Counted from the stretch's first letter, positions 51,303 through 61,991 are shown. The stretch: 64,000 bases of DNA from Candidatus Sulfomarinibacteraceae bacterium (GCA_963796455.1 CAWCLO010000006.1:192001-256000); one strand, 5' to 3'. Made by a program: numbers and translations. The notes: generated by a model not told the origin, from the letters alone.

Positions 51303-52492
51303 ATGATCCGTATTTTCAACCTTGGAATCAGCGACACACGATGGCCGATACGCCGCTGCGCTGTGTGGTGTTCCTCTCTGCTTCTCGTGTGTTCGAGCGC
51401 GCTGGCGGAAACCAAAGCCCCACCGATCTCGCCCGACGAACTCCTCACAGGTTCAGCACTCGGACTGGACTCTGAAACACCGGACACCATTGTCGGCAGC
51501 GACGAGGTGATGGCGCTGAGCGATGACATGCGGCGATTCCTCGACAAGCATGTCAGCGATCGGCTCGAAGAGTCTTATCGGCTCGAACGACTGGTTCGCG
51601 CAGTCCTCGGCAAGAACACCTTCGGCCTCGTGTACGACGACAACACACGGACCGCCGCTGAAACCTTCACGGCAAAACGCGGCAACTGCCTGTCCTTCAC
51701 AATCATGTTTGTCGTGTTGGCCCGCGGGGTGGGGCTCAACGCCCGCTTCCAGGAGGTCGAGATTCCACCCGAATGGACCTTTGCCAACGACACCTACATC
51801 TTGAACCGGCACATCAACATCAATTTTGATCTCAAGGTCGTCGGCCAGCGCATGGTCGATTTCAACATCGAGGACTTCGACTCTGAATACGATATGCGCC
51901 TGGTTTCCGACCAGAGGGCGCTGGCCCACTTCTTCAACAACCTCGGCGCAGCACTCTTGCAGCAGGGTGACACCGAGGCTGCATTCCACGCCTTTCGCAA
52001 AGCCCTCAGCGAAAACGACCGGAGCTTCGCCCCCGCGTGGGACAATCTCGGCACCCTCTACAGCAGAAAGGGCCTCGGTTTCCATGCCGAAACTGCATAT
52101 CTTCAGGCCCTCGAAATCGATCCCTTCGACCTCATCGCCATGAGCAACCTGACCACCGTTTATGACCGGCGTGGCGACCCGGAGCTGGCGGCGAGTTATC
52201 GAAACAAGGTCAACTCACATCGGAAGAAAAACCCCTACTACCGGTACCAACTGGCCCGGAAGGCCTTCTTCGCCGAGGACTACGACGAGGCAATCGACCA
52301 CCTCAAGTTCGCGATGCGGCAGGACAAGACCGAGGACCGTTTTTGTTTTCTGCTCGGTCTCGTCGATCTGCAGATGGGCGACCAGGAAAAATCCCGGAAG
52401 TGGATGGCCCGGGCCGAAAAACTAGCCGGGGACGACCCCTTAACGGCGTCTACTCCGCCAAGATGGAAAGGCTCGAGAAGGCTTCGAGGTAG
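51303..52492 (+). CDS. Transglutaminase-like + TPR protein (frameshift near 52440)
   Basis: TRTAAETF..GNCLSFT..HIN..VDFN; TPRs; the shifted frame gives VYSAKMERLEKASR* ending 52492, just before the repeat cluster. Confidence 0.8.
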
Positions 52493-52505
52493 GCCTTTCC
52501 GTCTT

Positions 52506-52712
52506 CGTGATTCTGAGCGGAGCCCGGAGGGGGCGACACCATTTTCTGCCGCCCCTTCAGGGCTTCGATTTTTGGATGGCCCCGAAACCTGGGGCTCACG
52601 CCCCAGGCTAATATTTTGTCGCCGCTCCGCGGCTCAGGGGCTACCCTCCCTGCAAAATGTTTTCCCTGATGTACCTGAGTGGTCGTGGAGCAACCTGTCG
52701 CCGCCCCGCGGC
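52506..52712. repeat. REP-like palindromic cluster, second type
   Basis: AGCCCGGAGGGGGCGACA..TGCCGCCCCTTCAGGGCT hairpin, CCTGGGGC-TCAC-GCCCCAGG hairpin, TGTCGCCGCTCCGCGGCT (52618) and TGTCGCCGCCCCGCGGC (52696). Confidence 0.7.
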
Positions 52713-52779
52713 CCGGATCGGCACTTGAGGATTGGTTAAGCCTGGTACCGCACTTTCGGATCGATCCCGCGCGTGCCTC

Positions 52780-52942
52780 CAGATCCTTCGACTACGCGCC
52801 GGAGGCGCTTCCGCTCAGGATGACATATTGAAGGATGACTGGCTCCAACCGGTAGTCCCGCGAGGAAGCGCTCTGCCTATGGGACAGGCTGCAATATGTC
52901 ATCCTGAGCGGAGCCCCGCAGGGGGCGCAGTCGAAGGATCTG
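52780..52942. repeat. Inverted pair of REP-like repeats
   Basis: CAGATCCTTCGAC..CCGCTCAGGATGACATATTG (52780-52830) and CAATATGTCATCCTGAGCGG..GTCGAAGGATCTG (52892-52942), between convergent genes. Confidence 0.9.
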
Positions 52943-52982
52943 CGCTTTCGGGTCTTCCCATCGATCCCATTGGTTCTTCGAC

Positions 52983-55397
52983 TCACTCCGCCTTCAGGAT
53001 GATGGTCGGGTTGACCCGGGCGGCGCGCAGAGCGGGCACGAGACAGGCAATCGTGGCGACGAGCGCAAAACCCAGAGCTGTCGTCACGAAGGTCATCGCA
53101 TCCGTCGCCTCGACGCCGAACAAAAGCCTCTCGACGAGATTGGTGGCCCAGTAGGACGCGATCAAACCGATGGCGACTCCGATCCCTACCAATGCCATCC
53201 CGCGGGTCAACACGAGCTTTGCCACCTGCCGCGCCGTTGCACCAAATGTCATGCGAACGCCGATCTCGTGGTGTCGTTGCGCCACGAAATATGCGAGCAC
53301 TCCATAAAGACCCACCAGCGCCAGAAGAACCGCGATGAAGGAGAGCAGACCGAGCGCCGACGTGATCACCCGAAAGTCCGACAGCGCGTCGTCGATGATC
53401 GACTCCATGGTCTGAGGGTCGGCCAAGGGGACGTTCGTGGCCATGGATTTGACGATCCCACGGATCGGGCCGATCAGAGCGGTGGGTTCGGTGAGCGTCC
53501 GGACGGTGAGTTCCATCCGAGTACCGGCGTTTTGCGAATAGGACATGTACATTGCGTGGAAGGGATCGCTGGTGACTCTCCGCAGTCGCGCATTGCCGAC
53601 CACTCCGACAATCTCATGCAGAGTCAGCTCACCCATATCAACGAGCAGTTTTTTTCCGAGAGGGTTTTCACCGGGGAAGAACAGCTCCGCCAGTGACTGC
53701 GTTATGACCATGACCCTGGGGGCGTCGGGGGAATCGGTCGCGGCGAGGTCCCGTCCCGCCAGCAACGGGATGCCCATCGTCTCGAGATAGCCGGGAGTTG
53801 CTACCCGAAAATCCGCCGAACGGGCCATGCTCGCCTGCCGGTCCTCCGGCGGCTGGTCTTCGGCGTAGAGGTAGATATTGCCGCCGCCATGAATCACCGG
53901 GAGCCGACTGACCAGACCCGCGGAGCCAACACCAGGCAGCGCACGAACCTCCTCGATCAGTGACTCGAAGAAACTGATGCGCTCTTCCGGAGAGGGATAG
54001 TCGCTTTCGGTAAGCCAGACACCGGCCGTCAATACATTTTCGGAGTCGAAACCGGGATCGATGTTCATCTGTTTCGCCAGAGAGCGGATCAAAAGCCCGG
54101 CGCCGATCAACAACAGGACCGAGATCGCGACCTGGGCCACGACGAATGCGTTGCGCAGCATCGATCCGCGCTGCGCCCAGGTGGCGCGAGTCCCGGTCTT
54201 GAGCTGTTGCGAAGGATCGACGATGGTGCCCTGGAGCGCCGGTACCAGACCAAAGAGGATGCCCGTCGCGCCGGAAACGACAAGCGCGAACAGAAGCACC
54301 GGCACGCTGACCGCCGGACGGGTGATCCCGAGATTACCGAGGGGCAGGAGGCGAATCAGAACCCCCTGGAACAACAAAGCCAGCACCACGCCGACCGCGC
54401 CCGCCATCAGGGACATGAGCGTGCTCTCGGTGAGGAGCTGTCGCACCAGCCGGCGGCGCGAAGCCCCCATGGCCGAGCGAACCGCGATCTCGGTGAGGCG
54501 GCCCTGCCCCCGCGCCAAAAGAAGCCCCGCAACATTACTGCATGCCAACAGCAGCACCAGCGAAACGGCACCCATCAGCAGCAACAGACTCGGGCGCACG
54601 TTTTCGACCAATGCTTTGTGTAAACCGGTCACATCGAGCGCCTTGTTTTCATTGCTCTCCGGATAGAGTTGCTGCAGACGAGCGGAAATGGTGCTCACCT
54701 CGGCCTGGGCCTGACCCACCGAGACACCCGGTAGGAGCCGCCCGACCAGAAGCAGATTGTGCCATCGACGGGCTCCGGCCCCGGGCCCGTTGCGAAAGGT
54801 CAACCGCCAGATATCCGCTTCGGTCATGAAGAAAAAACCGGCCGGGAGCACGCCAACCACCGTGGCCGGTGAACCATTCATGATGATCGAGCTGCCCACC
54901 GCATCCGCAGCTCCACCGAGGGTGCTCTGCCAGTAGGCGTGGCTCACCATGACCACGTTGGGGCCATCCTCAACACCCTCCGAAGCCGTGAAGAGCCGGC
55001 CGGCCGCGGGTCTGGTGCGCAGGGTCTGGAAGAGATCCCAGGTACAGAAAGCGCTGTCCACCAAAGATGCTTCAGCACCCGAACGGATGTTGACCCGACC
55101 GCCGTACATGAATGCAGACAGGTTTTCGAAAGATTTGCTCTGATCACGATAATCGTAATAGTCATAACCCGAGACCCACGGGTTGACGCGGCCGTTGAAG
55201 GTGGCCCTGCCCATGACCAGGCGATCGGGTTCGTCAAAGGGAAGGCTGCTCAGAAGCACCGCGTGAATCGTCCCGAACATGGCGGTCGTAGCGCCGATGC
55301 CGATGGCCAGAGTCACGATCACCGCGGCGGTGAAACCGGGCCTCTTCTTCATCATCCGGAGAGCAAACTTCAGATCGGCAGAAAGGTTGCGCGACAT
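52983..55397 (-). CDS. ADOP-type duplicated MacB/FtsX ABC permease
   Basis: DLKFALRMM..PGFTAAVIVTLAIGIGATTAMF; LLACSNVAGLLLAR..EIAVR; QRHHEIGVRMTFGA; PALRAARVNP. Confidence 0.92.
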   Translation of the reverse strand: MSRNLSADLKFALRMMKKRPGFTAAVIVTLAIGIGATTAMFGTIHAVLLSSLPFDEPDRLVMGRATFNGRVNPWVSGYDYYDYRDQSKSFENLSAFMYGGRVNIRSGAEASLVDSAFCTWDLFQTLRTRPAAGRLFTASEGVEDGPNVVMVSHAYWQSTLGGAADAVGSSIIMNGSPATVVGVLPAGFFFMTEADIWRLTFRNGPGAGARRWHNLLLVGRLLPGVSVGQAQAEVSTISARLQQLYPESNENKALDVTGLHKALVENVRPSLLLLMGAVSLVLLLACSNVAGLLLARGQGRLTEIAVRSAMGASRRRLVRQLLTESTLMSLMAGAVGVVLALLFQGVLIRLLPLGNLGITRPAVSVPVLLFALVVSGATGILFGLVPALQGTIVDPSQQLKTGTRATWAQRGSMLRNAFVVAQVAISVLLLIGAGLLIRSLAKQMNIDPGFDSENVLTAGVWLTESDYPSPEERISFFESLIEEVRALPGVGSAGLVSRLPVIHGGGNIYLYAEDQPPEDRQASMARSADFRVATPGYLETMGIPLLAGRDLAATDSPDAPRVMVITQSLAELFFPGENPLGKKLLVDMGELTLHEIVGVVGNARLRRVTSDPFHAMYMSYSQNAGTRMELTVRTLTEPTALIGPIRGIVKSMATNVPLADPQTMESIIDDALSDFRVITSALGLLSFIAVLLALVGLYGVLAYFVAQRHHEIGVRMTFGATARQVAKLVLTRGMALVGIGVAIGLIASYWATNLVERLLFGVEATDAMTFVTTALGFALVATIACLVPALRAARVNPTIILKAE

Positions 55398-55586
55398 CAG
55401 ATCTCCTCCTCTGGTCAAAGAGACGGGTATCCGTCAGCATAACGAACCCCTGAAATGACTGTCATCAATATGTGAGATACGGATTACAGGTAAATGGTTT
55501 CATGGTGGGTTTTGTGTGAACGGCAGTTGAGAAGACCCTGCTATTCTCTCCCACGTCCGGGAGAACCCGGTGAAATCGGGAGGCAC

Positions 55587-57116
55587 ATGGCAGCTGTAAA
55601 AATCGGAACTGTCGCCTTTGACAACGAACGTTACCTGGCCGAGCAGAGCGAAGCGATCCTCGAACGGATGCGGCAGGTGGGCGGCAAGCTCTACCTCGAG
55701 TTCGGCGGCAAGCTTCTTTTCGACTACCACGCCTCGCGTGTCCTGCCCGGTTTTGACCCCAACGTGAAAATGCGCCTTTTGCGGCGTCTCGCCAACCAGA
55801 CCGAGATCATCCTCTGTGTGTACGCGGGGGACATCGATCGCCGCAAGGTTCGGGCGGACTTCGGCATCACCTACGATGCCGATACCTTCAAGCTGATCGA
55901 CGATCTCCGCGACAACGAGCTCGAGGTGCGCGCGGTGGTCATCACCCGATACGAAGACCAGCCTGCCGCCGAGACCTTCGCCAACAAACTGCAGCGACGC
56001 GGCATCACGGTCCACACCCACCGACCGATTCCCGGTTACCCGGCCGATGTGTCCCGGGTGGTGAGCGATGAAGGATACGGCGCCAACGCGTATGTTGAAA
56101 CCGACGCCCAGCTCGTGGTCGTCAACGCGCCGGGCCCGAACAGCGGCAAGATGGGCACCTGCCTTTCGCAGGTTTACCACGAGCACCAGCGGGGGGTGCG
56201 GGCCGGCTACGCCAAGTTCGAGACCTTCCCGATCTGGAACCTGCCGTTGCGCCACCCGGTCAACGCAGCCTACGAGGCCGCCACCGCCGAACTGCACGAT
56301 GTCAACATGATCGATCCCTTCCATCTCGAGGCCCACGACGAGCGCTCGGTCAATTACAACCGCGACATCGAGGCCTTTCCCCTGCTCAAACGAATCCTCG
56401 AAAAGATCACCGGTGAATCCATGTACCAGTCGCCCACCGACATGGGGGTCAACCGGGCGGGCTTCGCCATCATCGACGACGAAGCCGCGCAGGCGGCGGG
56501 CAAGAGCGAGATCATTCGCCGCTACTTCCGCTATGCCTGCGACGAGGTCCTCGGTCTCGAAGACGGCGCTGCCGTTCGCCGGATCGAAGCCTTGATGGAG
56601 GAGTTTGATCTGAAGCCGGAAGACCGGTCGGTGGTGCGACCCGCCCGAAAGGCCGCAACCGACGCCGAAGACAAGGCCGACAAGGGCCACCACGGTGTAT
56701 TCTCGGGTGCCGCCATTGAGCTGCCGGACGGAGAGATCGTCACCGGACACAACAGCCCGCTGATGCACGCCTCGGCAGCCCTGGTCTTGAACGCCATCAA
56801 GGTGATGGCCGGCATCCCCAAACACCTCGATCTGATCAGTCTGCCGGTGGTCGAATCCATCGGCACCCTGCGCAAGGATCTTCTCGGCCGGGGCTCCATC
56901 AGCCTCAACCTGGAGGAGACTCTGATCGCGCTCAGCATCAGTTCCACCACCAACCCCACCGCGCAGCAGGCGATGCGCCAGCTGCCGAGTATCAAAGGCT
57001 GTGATCTCCACCTCACCCATCTGCCGACACCTGGAGACGAACGTGGTCTGCGGCGCCTCGGCGTCAAGCTGACCTGTGATCCCAGCTTTGCGAGCAACAA
57101 GCTTTTTGTGTCGTAG
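55587..57116 (+). CDS. DUF1846/UPF0371 family protein
   Basis: KLYLEFGGKLLFDYHASRVLPGF, APGPNSGK, YAKFETFPIWNLPL.HPVN, SPTDMGVN. Confidence 0.9.
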   Translation: MAAVKIGTVAFDNERYLAEQSEAILERMRQVGGKLYLEFGGKLLFDYHASRVLPGFDPNVKMRLLRRLANQTEIILCVYAGDIDRRKVRADFGITYDADTFKLIDDLRDNELEVRAVVITRYEDQPAAETFANKLQRRGITVHTHRPIPGYPADVSRVVSDEGYGANAYVETDAQLVVVNAPGPNSGKMGTCLSQVYHEHQRGVRAGYAKFETFPIWNLPLRHPVNAAYEAATAELHDVNMIDPFHLEAHDERSVNYNRDIEAFPLLKRILEKITGESMYQSPTDMGVNRAGFAIIDDEAAQAAGKSEIIRRYFRYACDEVLGLEDGAAVRRIEALMEEFDLKPEDRSVVRPARKAATDAEDKADKGHHGVFSGAAIELPDGEIVTGHNSPLMHASAALVLNAIKVMAGIPKHLDLISLPVVESIGTLRKDLLGRGSISLNLEETLIALSISSTTNPTAQQAMRQLPSIKGCDLHLTHLPTPGDERGLRRLGVKLTCDPSFASNKLFVS

Positions 57117-57209
57117 CCCGCATTTTTCACCGGTTTTCGGAACCGCCGCATTTGTCTGCTTGGAATCGATTTCAACCACCGGTTTCGCCCCGACACCAGC
57201 CCGGGCACG

Positions 57210-57314
57210 TGTCCGCAATTAATCGGACAGGTGTTGCGTAGCGGACACTTCGGATAGCGCCAAAGCCCGCAGCCAGGTGATTCCGAGCGACCACGTCATT
57301 GGCACGACAATTGC
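57210..57314 (+). promoter_or_regulatory. sigma54 promoter with upstream activator site candidates
   Basis: TGGCAC-GACAA-TTGC at 57300-57314; palindrome TGTCCG-N8-CGGACA at 57210-57229 and a second CGGACAC half-site ending 57248. Confidence 0.8.
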
Positions 57315-57328
57315 GAATGACCATCTCG

Positions 57329-58597
57329 ATGGTCATTCGAGACACCAACTCAATGGATCGACCGGTCACTCGCCGGCCCAGACCGCGACTGATCTGGATC
57401 GCAGCGGGTGCCGCCGCAATCATCGGAGCCATTCTGGCCTGGCCAACGGTCGAGAGATGGTTCTCGGCGGACCGCTCGGTAGCCCGCAACCGGTTGCGCT
57501 TTGGCATCGCTGAGATCGGCAATCTGGAACACACTGTTGCGGTTGAGGGAAGGGTCGTTGCGGCGTCACGCCCCACCCTTTACAGCCCCGCCGACGGTAT
57601 CGCATCGGTGCGGGTGGCCGAGGGCCAGAAGGTCGCAGCCGGCAGCATCCTGGCAGAAATCGAGAGCCCCGGGCTCGAGAGCCGACTCCGCCAGGAGCGA
57701 GCGACTGCCGATGCGTATGCTTCGGAAGGCAGCCGTCTCACCCTCGAAGCTCGTCAAGGCGATCTCGAGAACGAACAATCGGTCGAGCTTGGCGAGGTCC
57801 GGCAGGCCGCTGCAGCGCGTCTCGTGAAACGAAATGAGCATCTTTTCGACCTCGGCCTGGTCAACCAGATCGATCTTGAAACCGCACGGGACAATCACAG
57901 AATCGCAACGCTCCAGTTGCAACAGGCGCGGCACCGGCTCGATCTCGAACGCGATATTCGGCGATTCGAAAAGAATGACGCGTCCCACCGGTTGGAGCGC
58001 CAGCTCCTGATCGTCACCGAGCTCGAGCGTCAGGTAAAAGACCTGACAATGGTCGCTCCGTTCGACGGGCTGGTAGCGACATTGTCGGTCGAGGACCGCG
58101 ACGCGGTCGTTCGTGGCCGGGCGATGATCGGCGTAGTCGATCTGACCGACCTCGAGGTGGAGATCGGAATCCCGGAGAACGCTGCCGACCAGGTGGCCCC
58201 GGGGGTTCCGGCGGCGATGACGATCGACGGGGTCGTCCACGTCGGAGTGATCACCCGCGTTGCTCCGGAAGTGCGCAACGGACAGGTGGTGGGACGGGTG
58301 ACCTTCTCCGGCGGTGTTCCGCGCGGGCTTCGGCAGAACCAACGCGTCACAACCCGCCTCCTGCTCGACCGGCGTGAAAACGTCATGAAGGTCCCGCGGG
58401 GCCCGTTCCTGGAAAGCGGCGGTGGCCGCTCGGTTTACGTGGTGGAGGACGGACTGGCGCGCCGACGTGACATCGAAGTCGGCGCGGTCAGTGTCGCAGA
58501 AGTTGAGGTTACCGCGGGTCTTCGTGAGGGCGACGAGATCGTGCTCTCTGACATGAGCCAGTTCGACGGCGCCGAAACCGTACTGATCAGGGATTGA
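57329..58597 (+). CDS. HlyD/MacA-like periplasmic adaptor
   Basis: IRDTNSMDR N-terminus, TM, LYSPADG, VAPFDGLV, GLRQNQRV; start 57329 or 57353. Confidence 0.88.
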   Translation: MVIRDTNSMDRPVTRRPRPRLIWIAAGAAAIIGAILAWPTVERWFSADRSVARNRLRFGIAEIGNLEHTVAVEGRVVAASRPTLYSPADGIASVRVAEGQKVAAGSILAEIESPGLESRLRQERATADAYASEGSRLTLEARQGDLENEQSVELGEVRQAAAARLVKRNEHLFDLGLVNQIDLETARDNHRIATLQLQQARHRLDLERDIRRFEKNDASHRLERQLLIVTELERQVKDLTMVAPFDGLVATLSVEDRDAVVRGRAMIGVVDLTDLEVEIGIPENAADQVAPGVPAAMTIDGVVHVGVITRVAPEVRNGQVVGRVTFSGGVPRGLRQNQRVTTRLLLDRRENVMKVPRGPFLESGGGRSVYVVEDGLARRRDIEVGAVSVAEVEVTAGLREGDEIVLSDMSQFDGAETVLIRD

Positions 58598-58612
58598 GAG
58601 AGGAGAGGGCGA

Positions 58613-59344
58613 ATGGCAATACTCGATATGCGGGAGGTCACCCGGGTCTACCGGACTGATCTCGTGGAGACAGTGGCTTTGAACAAGTTCACGGTGACGG
58701 TTGACGAGGGCGATTTTGTCTCGGTATCCGGCCCATCCGGCTCGGGTAAAACGACCTTCCTCAATGTGGCCGGTTTGCTCGACACCTTCGATTCGGGCAC
58801 CTACCTCCTCGATGGCGAGGACGTCAGCCGCTTGTCGGACCGGCAGCAATCGCGGATTCGGAATCACAAGGTCGGTTTTATCTTCCAGACCTTCAATCTG
58901 ATCCCAGACCTCAGCGCTTTTGACAACGTCGACGTCCCACTCCGGTACCAGGGGCTTCCGTCGCGCGAGCGCCGCATCCGGATCGAGTCGGCGCTGAACA
59001 TGGTCGGGTTGTTCAACCGCAAGAGCCACCTGCCATCGCAGCTTTCCGGGGGTCAACAACAGCGCGTGGCGATCGCGCGCGCACTCGCCGGCCAGCCGCG
59101 AATAATTCTCGCCGACGAGCCAACCGGAAACCTCGACACCGCCACCGCCCGCGAAATCATGGAGCTCCTTGAATTGGTCAACCAGTCGGGCACAACCATC
59201 GTCATGGTGACCCACGATGCCGGTTGCGCCGCCTCCGCCAACCACCAAATCCACATTCTCGACGGGAGGCTCATCGACCTCAAAAAAGAATCCACGGCCG
59301 GTCTGGGAATGAGTCAACTGGCGGCCGTGCCATCGGCTGGATGA
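58613..59344 (+). CDS. ABC transporter ATP-binding protein (LolD/MacB-like)
   Basis: GPSGSGKT, LSGGQQQRVAIARAL, ADEPTGNLD, VTHD. Confidence 0.95.
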   Translation: MAILDMREVTRVYRTDLVETVALNKFTVTVDEGDFVSVSGPSGSGKTTFLNVAGLLDTFDSGTYLLDGEDVSRLSDRQQSRIRNHKVGFIFQTFNLIPDLSAFDNVDVPLRYQGLPSRERRIRIESALNMVGLFNRKSHLPSQLSGGQQQRVAIARALAGQPRIILADEPTGNLDTATAREIMELLELVNQSGTTIVMVTHDAGCAASANHQIHILDGRLIDLKKESTAGLGMSQLAAVPSAG

Positions 59345-59354
59345 AGGAGATGGT

Positions 59355-60686
59355 ATGAGCCTGTACACCCTGCAGTTGGCATGGCGCAGCCTGCGCACGA
59401 CGCCGTGGTTGTCGCTGGTGGCGGTGGTCGGTCTGGCAATCGGTATCGCGGTGCCCACGACTTTGATCAGCATTCGCCACGTGTTTGCACGCAACCCGAT
59501 TCCGCATAAGAGCGATGTATTGTTCAACGTCCGGGTCGACAACTGGGACCCGAATTCTCAGTTCTTCGATATCAAACCGGGCGACCCCCCAAAACACATC
59601 ACCTATCGCGACATGACGGGGATGATGGAGAGCGATATTCCGGCAGGCGAAACCGGCATTGCCTCGGCGACCGTGTTTGTTTTCCCCGCTCGCTCGTCTG
59701 AGCGGCCATATCAGGCAAGGGTGAGGCTCTGTCATTCCGACTTCTTTCAGATGTTCGACGTCCCGTTTCGTCACGGTTCCGGCTGGTCGCGGCAAGACGA
59801 TCGCTCACTTGCCCGCGTCGTGGTGCTGAGTAGCGACACCAACCAACGTCTTTTCGGAGGCGAAGACAGCGTCGGCCGCACGGTACGTCTGGGCGCGCAC
59901 GATTTCACCGTGATCGGGGTGCTCGGGAAATTCAGACCGCTCCCCCAGTATTACGACGTCATCAACAATTCCATGGGCAACCCCCGAGACATCTTCGTGC
60001 CCTTCGACCTGGTTCTGGAGGAGGAGCTTGGCCTCAATCATTTCGGTGACACAGATTCCTGGGGAAACTCGGATTTTGGAAACCGTGTCGATTACGTCAA
60101 ACAGGCTGAATTCACCTGGATTCAGTACTGGGTCGAGCTCGAGCCAGACAGCGTGGCTTCATACCGCGACTGGGTCGACGCCTACGTCATGGAACAAAAA
60201 CAACTCGACCGCTTCCCCAAACCCCTCAACAACCGCGTCACGCCGGTGATGGAGTGGCTCAGGGTGCGCGAAATGGTGCCGCAACAGATCAATGGCATCG
60301 TCGGCATCGGGATCCTGTTTCTGGTGGTTTGTTGCCTCAATCTGGTTGGATTGCTTTTGGCCAAGTTCCTCGCCCGCTCGGGAGTGCTCGGTGTCCACCG
60401 CGCGCTCGGTGCGTCGCGGGCTGCGGTTTTCCTGCAACGGCTGGTCGAATGCGTCCTGATCGGCGTGATCGGTGGAGTATTCGGGGCCTTTCTTGCCTCG
60501 CTGTCGATGCGGCTCATCAGCGCGTCGATTCCAGCTCGTATCGTGGCCAAAAACGTGCTAGTGGTCGACGGCTACGCACTGGCGGTCGCCTTGTGTCTGG
60601 CGATCGTCGCGGCGATCGCGGCCGGCCTCTACCCAGCCTGGCGGGCATGCCGAGTCGCCCCGGCGATCCAACTCAAGATCAACTGA
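59355..60686 (+). CDS. MacB/FtsX-like ABC permease
   Basis: N-terminal TM, periplasmic domain, GVHRALGASR, GLYPAWRA. Confidence 0.9.
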   Translation: MSLYTLQLAWRSLRTTPWLSLVAVVGLAIGIAVPTTLISIRHVFARNPIPHKSDVLFNVRVDNWDPNSQFFDIKPGDPPKHITYRDMTGMMESDIPAGETGIASATVFVFPARSSERPYQARVRLCHSDFFQMFDVPFRHGSGWSRQDDRSLARVVVLSSDTNQRLFGGEDSVGRTVRLGAHDFTVIGVLGKFRPLPQYYDVINNSMGNPRDIFVPFDLVLEEELGLNHFGDTDSWGNSDFGNRVDYVKQAEFTWIQYWVELEPDSVASYRDWVDAYVMEQKQLDRFPKPLNNRVTPVMEWLRVREMVPQQINGIVGIGILFLVVCCLNLVGLLLAKFLARSGVLGVHRALGASRAAVFLQRLVECVLIGVIGGVFGAFLASLSMRLISASIPARIVAKNVLVVDGYALAVALCLAIVAAIAAGLYPAWRACRVAPAIQLKIN

Positions 60687-60702
60687 GAAAGGGAGTCCGA
60701 CG

Positions 60703-61908
60703 ATGGGTCCGATCATCCGTTCATTGCTTCGAAACCGGGTCCGTACGGGATTGCTGGTGGCCGAAATCGCCGTGACCCTGGCCATCGTTCTCAACTGCCT
60801 CGGGTTGTTGCTCGAGCAGCGGCGCGAGCTGACCCGACCCACCGGAATCGATGAGGTTAACTTGGTGGCGGTCGAGATGCGGCCGTGGGATCCCGCCTAC
60901 CGGGACGACTCGACGCGCTCGGGAATAGCCCGCGCCGACCTTGCTGCGCTGCGAGCGCTGCCGGGGGTCGCAGATGCTTCTGCGATAGGACCCTTTCCTC
61001 TTCAGGGCGGCGGCAGCTCCACCCAGGTGAAGGCCCTGGGCGCCGGGGACGAACTCAAAGTGCGGGCCCCGGTGTACTACGCCGACGAACGGATCATCTC
61101 CACCCTTGGCCTCGAGCTGGTGGCGGGCCGTGACTTTACTCCGGATGACGTACCGGTCGAGAGCGGGCCCGCGATCGTCAACATTATCGTCACCCAAGCC
61201 CTCGCCGATGCCGTCTTTCCTGATGGAGACGCTCTTGGCGGGAGCTTCGATACTGGAAGCGAGGAGTGGCCCGACGTCGTTGTCGGGATCGTCAACCAGA
61301 TGCACACACCCTACGGTGGAGGTCCCATGGAGGACCAAATCATGATCTACCCGACCGCTCGCCATAGCGCCAGCTTCATGTCCTACCTGGTGCGGGCCGA
61401 ACCCGGACAGCTCGAAGGTTTGCTGCCGGTGATCGAGGACACCATTGTCGCCCAGGACGATCGTCGCGTCGTCACAGCCAAACCGCTGCTCGAGTACAAG
61501 GCGCGGGGCTCAGCCATGAGCATATTCTTTGCACAAATACTCTCCGTGATCATCGCGCTGCTGCTCGGAGTGACTGCCCTCGGAATTTTCGGCATGACCT
61601 CGTTTGCCATAACTCAGCGAACCCGCGAGATCGGCACCCGCCGGGCGCTCGGCGCGAACCGGCAGGAGGTGATCATCCACTTTCTGACCGAAAACGCTAT
61701 CGTCGTCATCGTGGGCACGGGTCTCGGTCTGATCGGCGCCGTCGCACTCAACGCAGTACTGATGTCGGCTATGGATGCGAGTGCGCTGAGCCCGGTTCTT
61801 GCCGCAGCAGGTGTCTTGTTGCTGTGGGTGGTCGGATTTGTTGCCACCATCGCGCCGGCCGTGAAGGCTTCGCGACTGCAACCGGTGCTGGCCACCCGTT
61901 CGGTTTAA
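60703..61908 (+). CDS. MacB/FtsX-like ABC permease
   Basis: QRTREIGTRRALGA, FLTEN, PAVKASRLQP. Confidence 0.9.
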   Translation: MGPIIRSLLRNRVRTGLLVAEIAVTLAIVLNCLGLLLEQRRELTRPTGIDEVNLVAVEMRPWDPAYRDDSTRSGIARADLAALRALPGVADASAIGPFPLQGGGSSTQVKALGAGDELKVRAPVYYADERIISTLGLELVAGRDFTPDDVPVESGPAIVNIIVTQALADAVFPDGDALGGSFDTGSEEWPDVVVGIVNQMHTPYGGGPMEDQIMIYPTARHSASFMSYLVRAEPGQLEGLLPVIEDTIVAQDDRRVVTAKPLLEYKARGSAMSIFFAQILSVIIALLLGVTALGIFGMTSFAITQRTREIGTRRALGANRQEVIIHFLTENAIVVIVGTGLGLIGAVALNAVLMSAMDASALSPVLAAAGVLLLWVVGFVATIAPAVKASRLQPVLATRSV

Positions 61909-61991
61909 CGCGAGCGGTTGATGCATAGCCTCCGCAACAACGAACACCATCGACCGCAGACGAGGCGAAGAAAACCCGCTACCATCACAGA

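Noticed and set aside
52493..53154. Extension of the 51303 ORF to 52739 and ORFs 52732-53154 / 52792-52986
   Set aside because: They translate palindromic repeat DNA; the gene more plausibly ends at 52492
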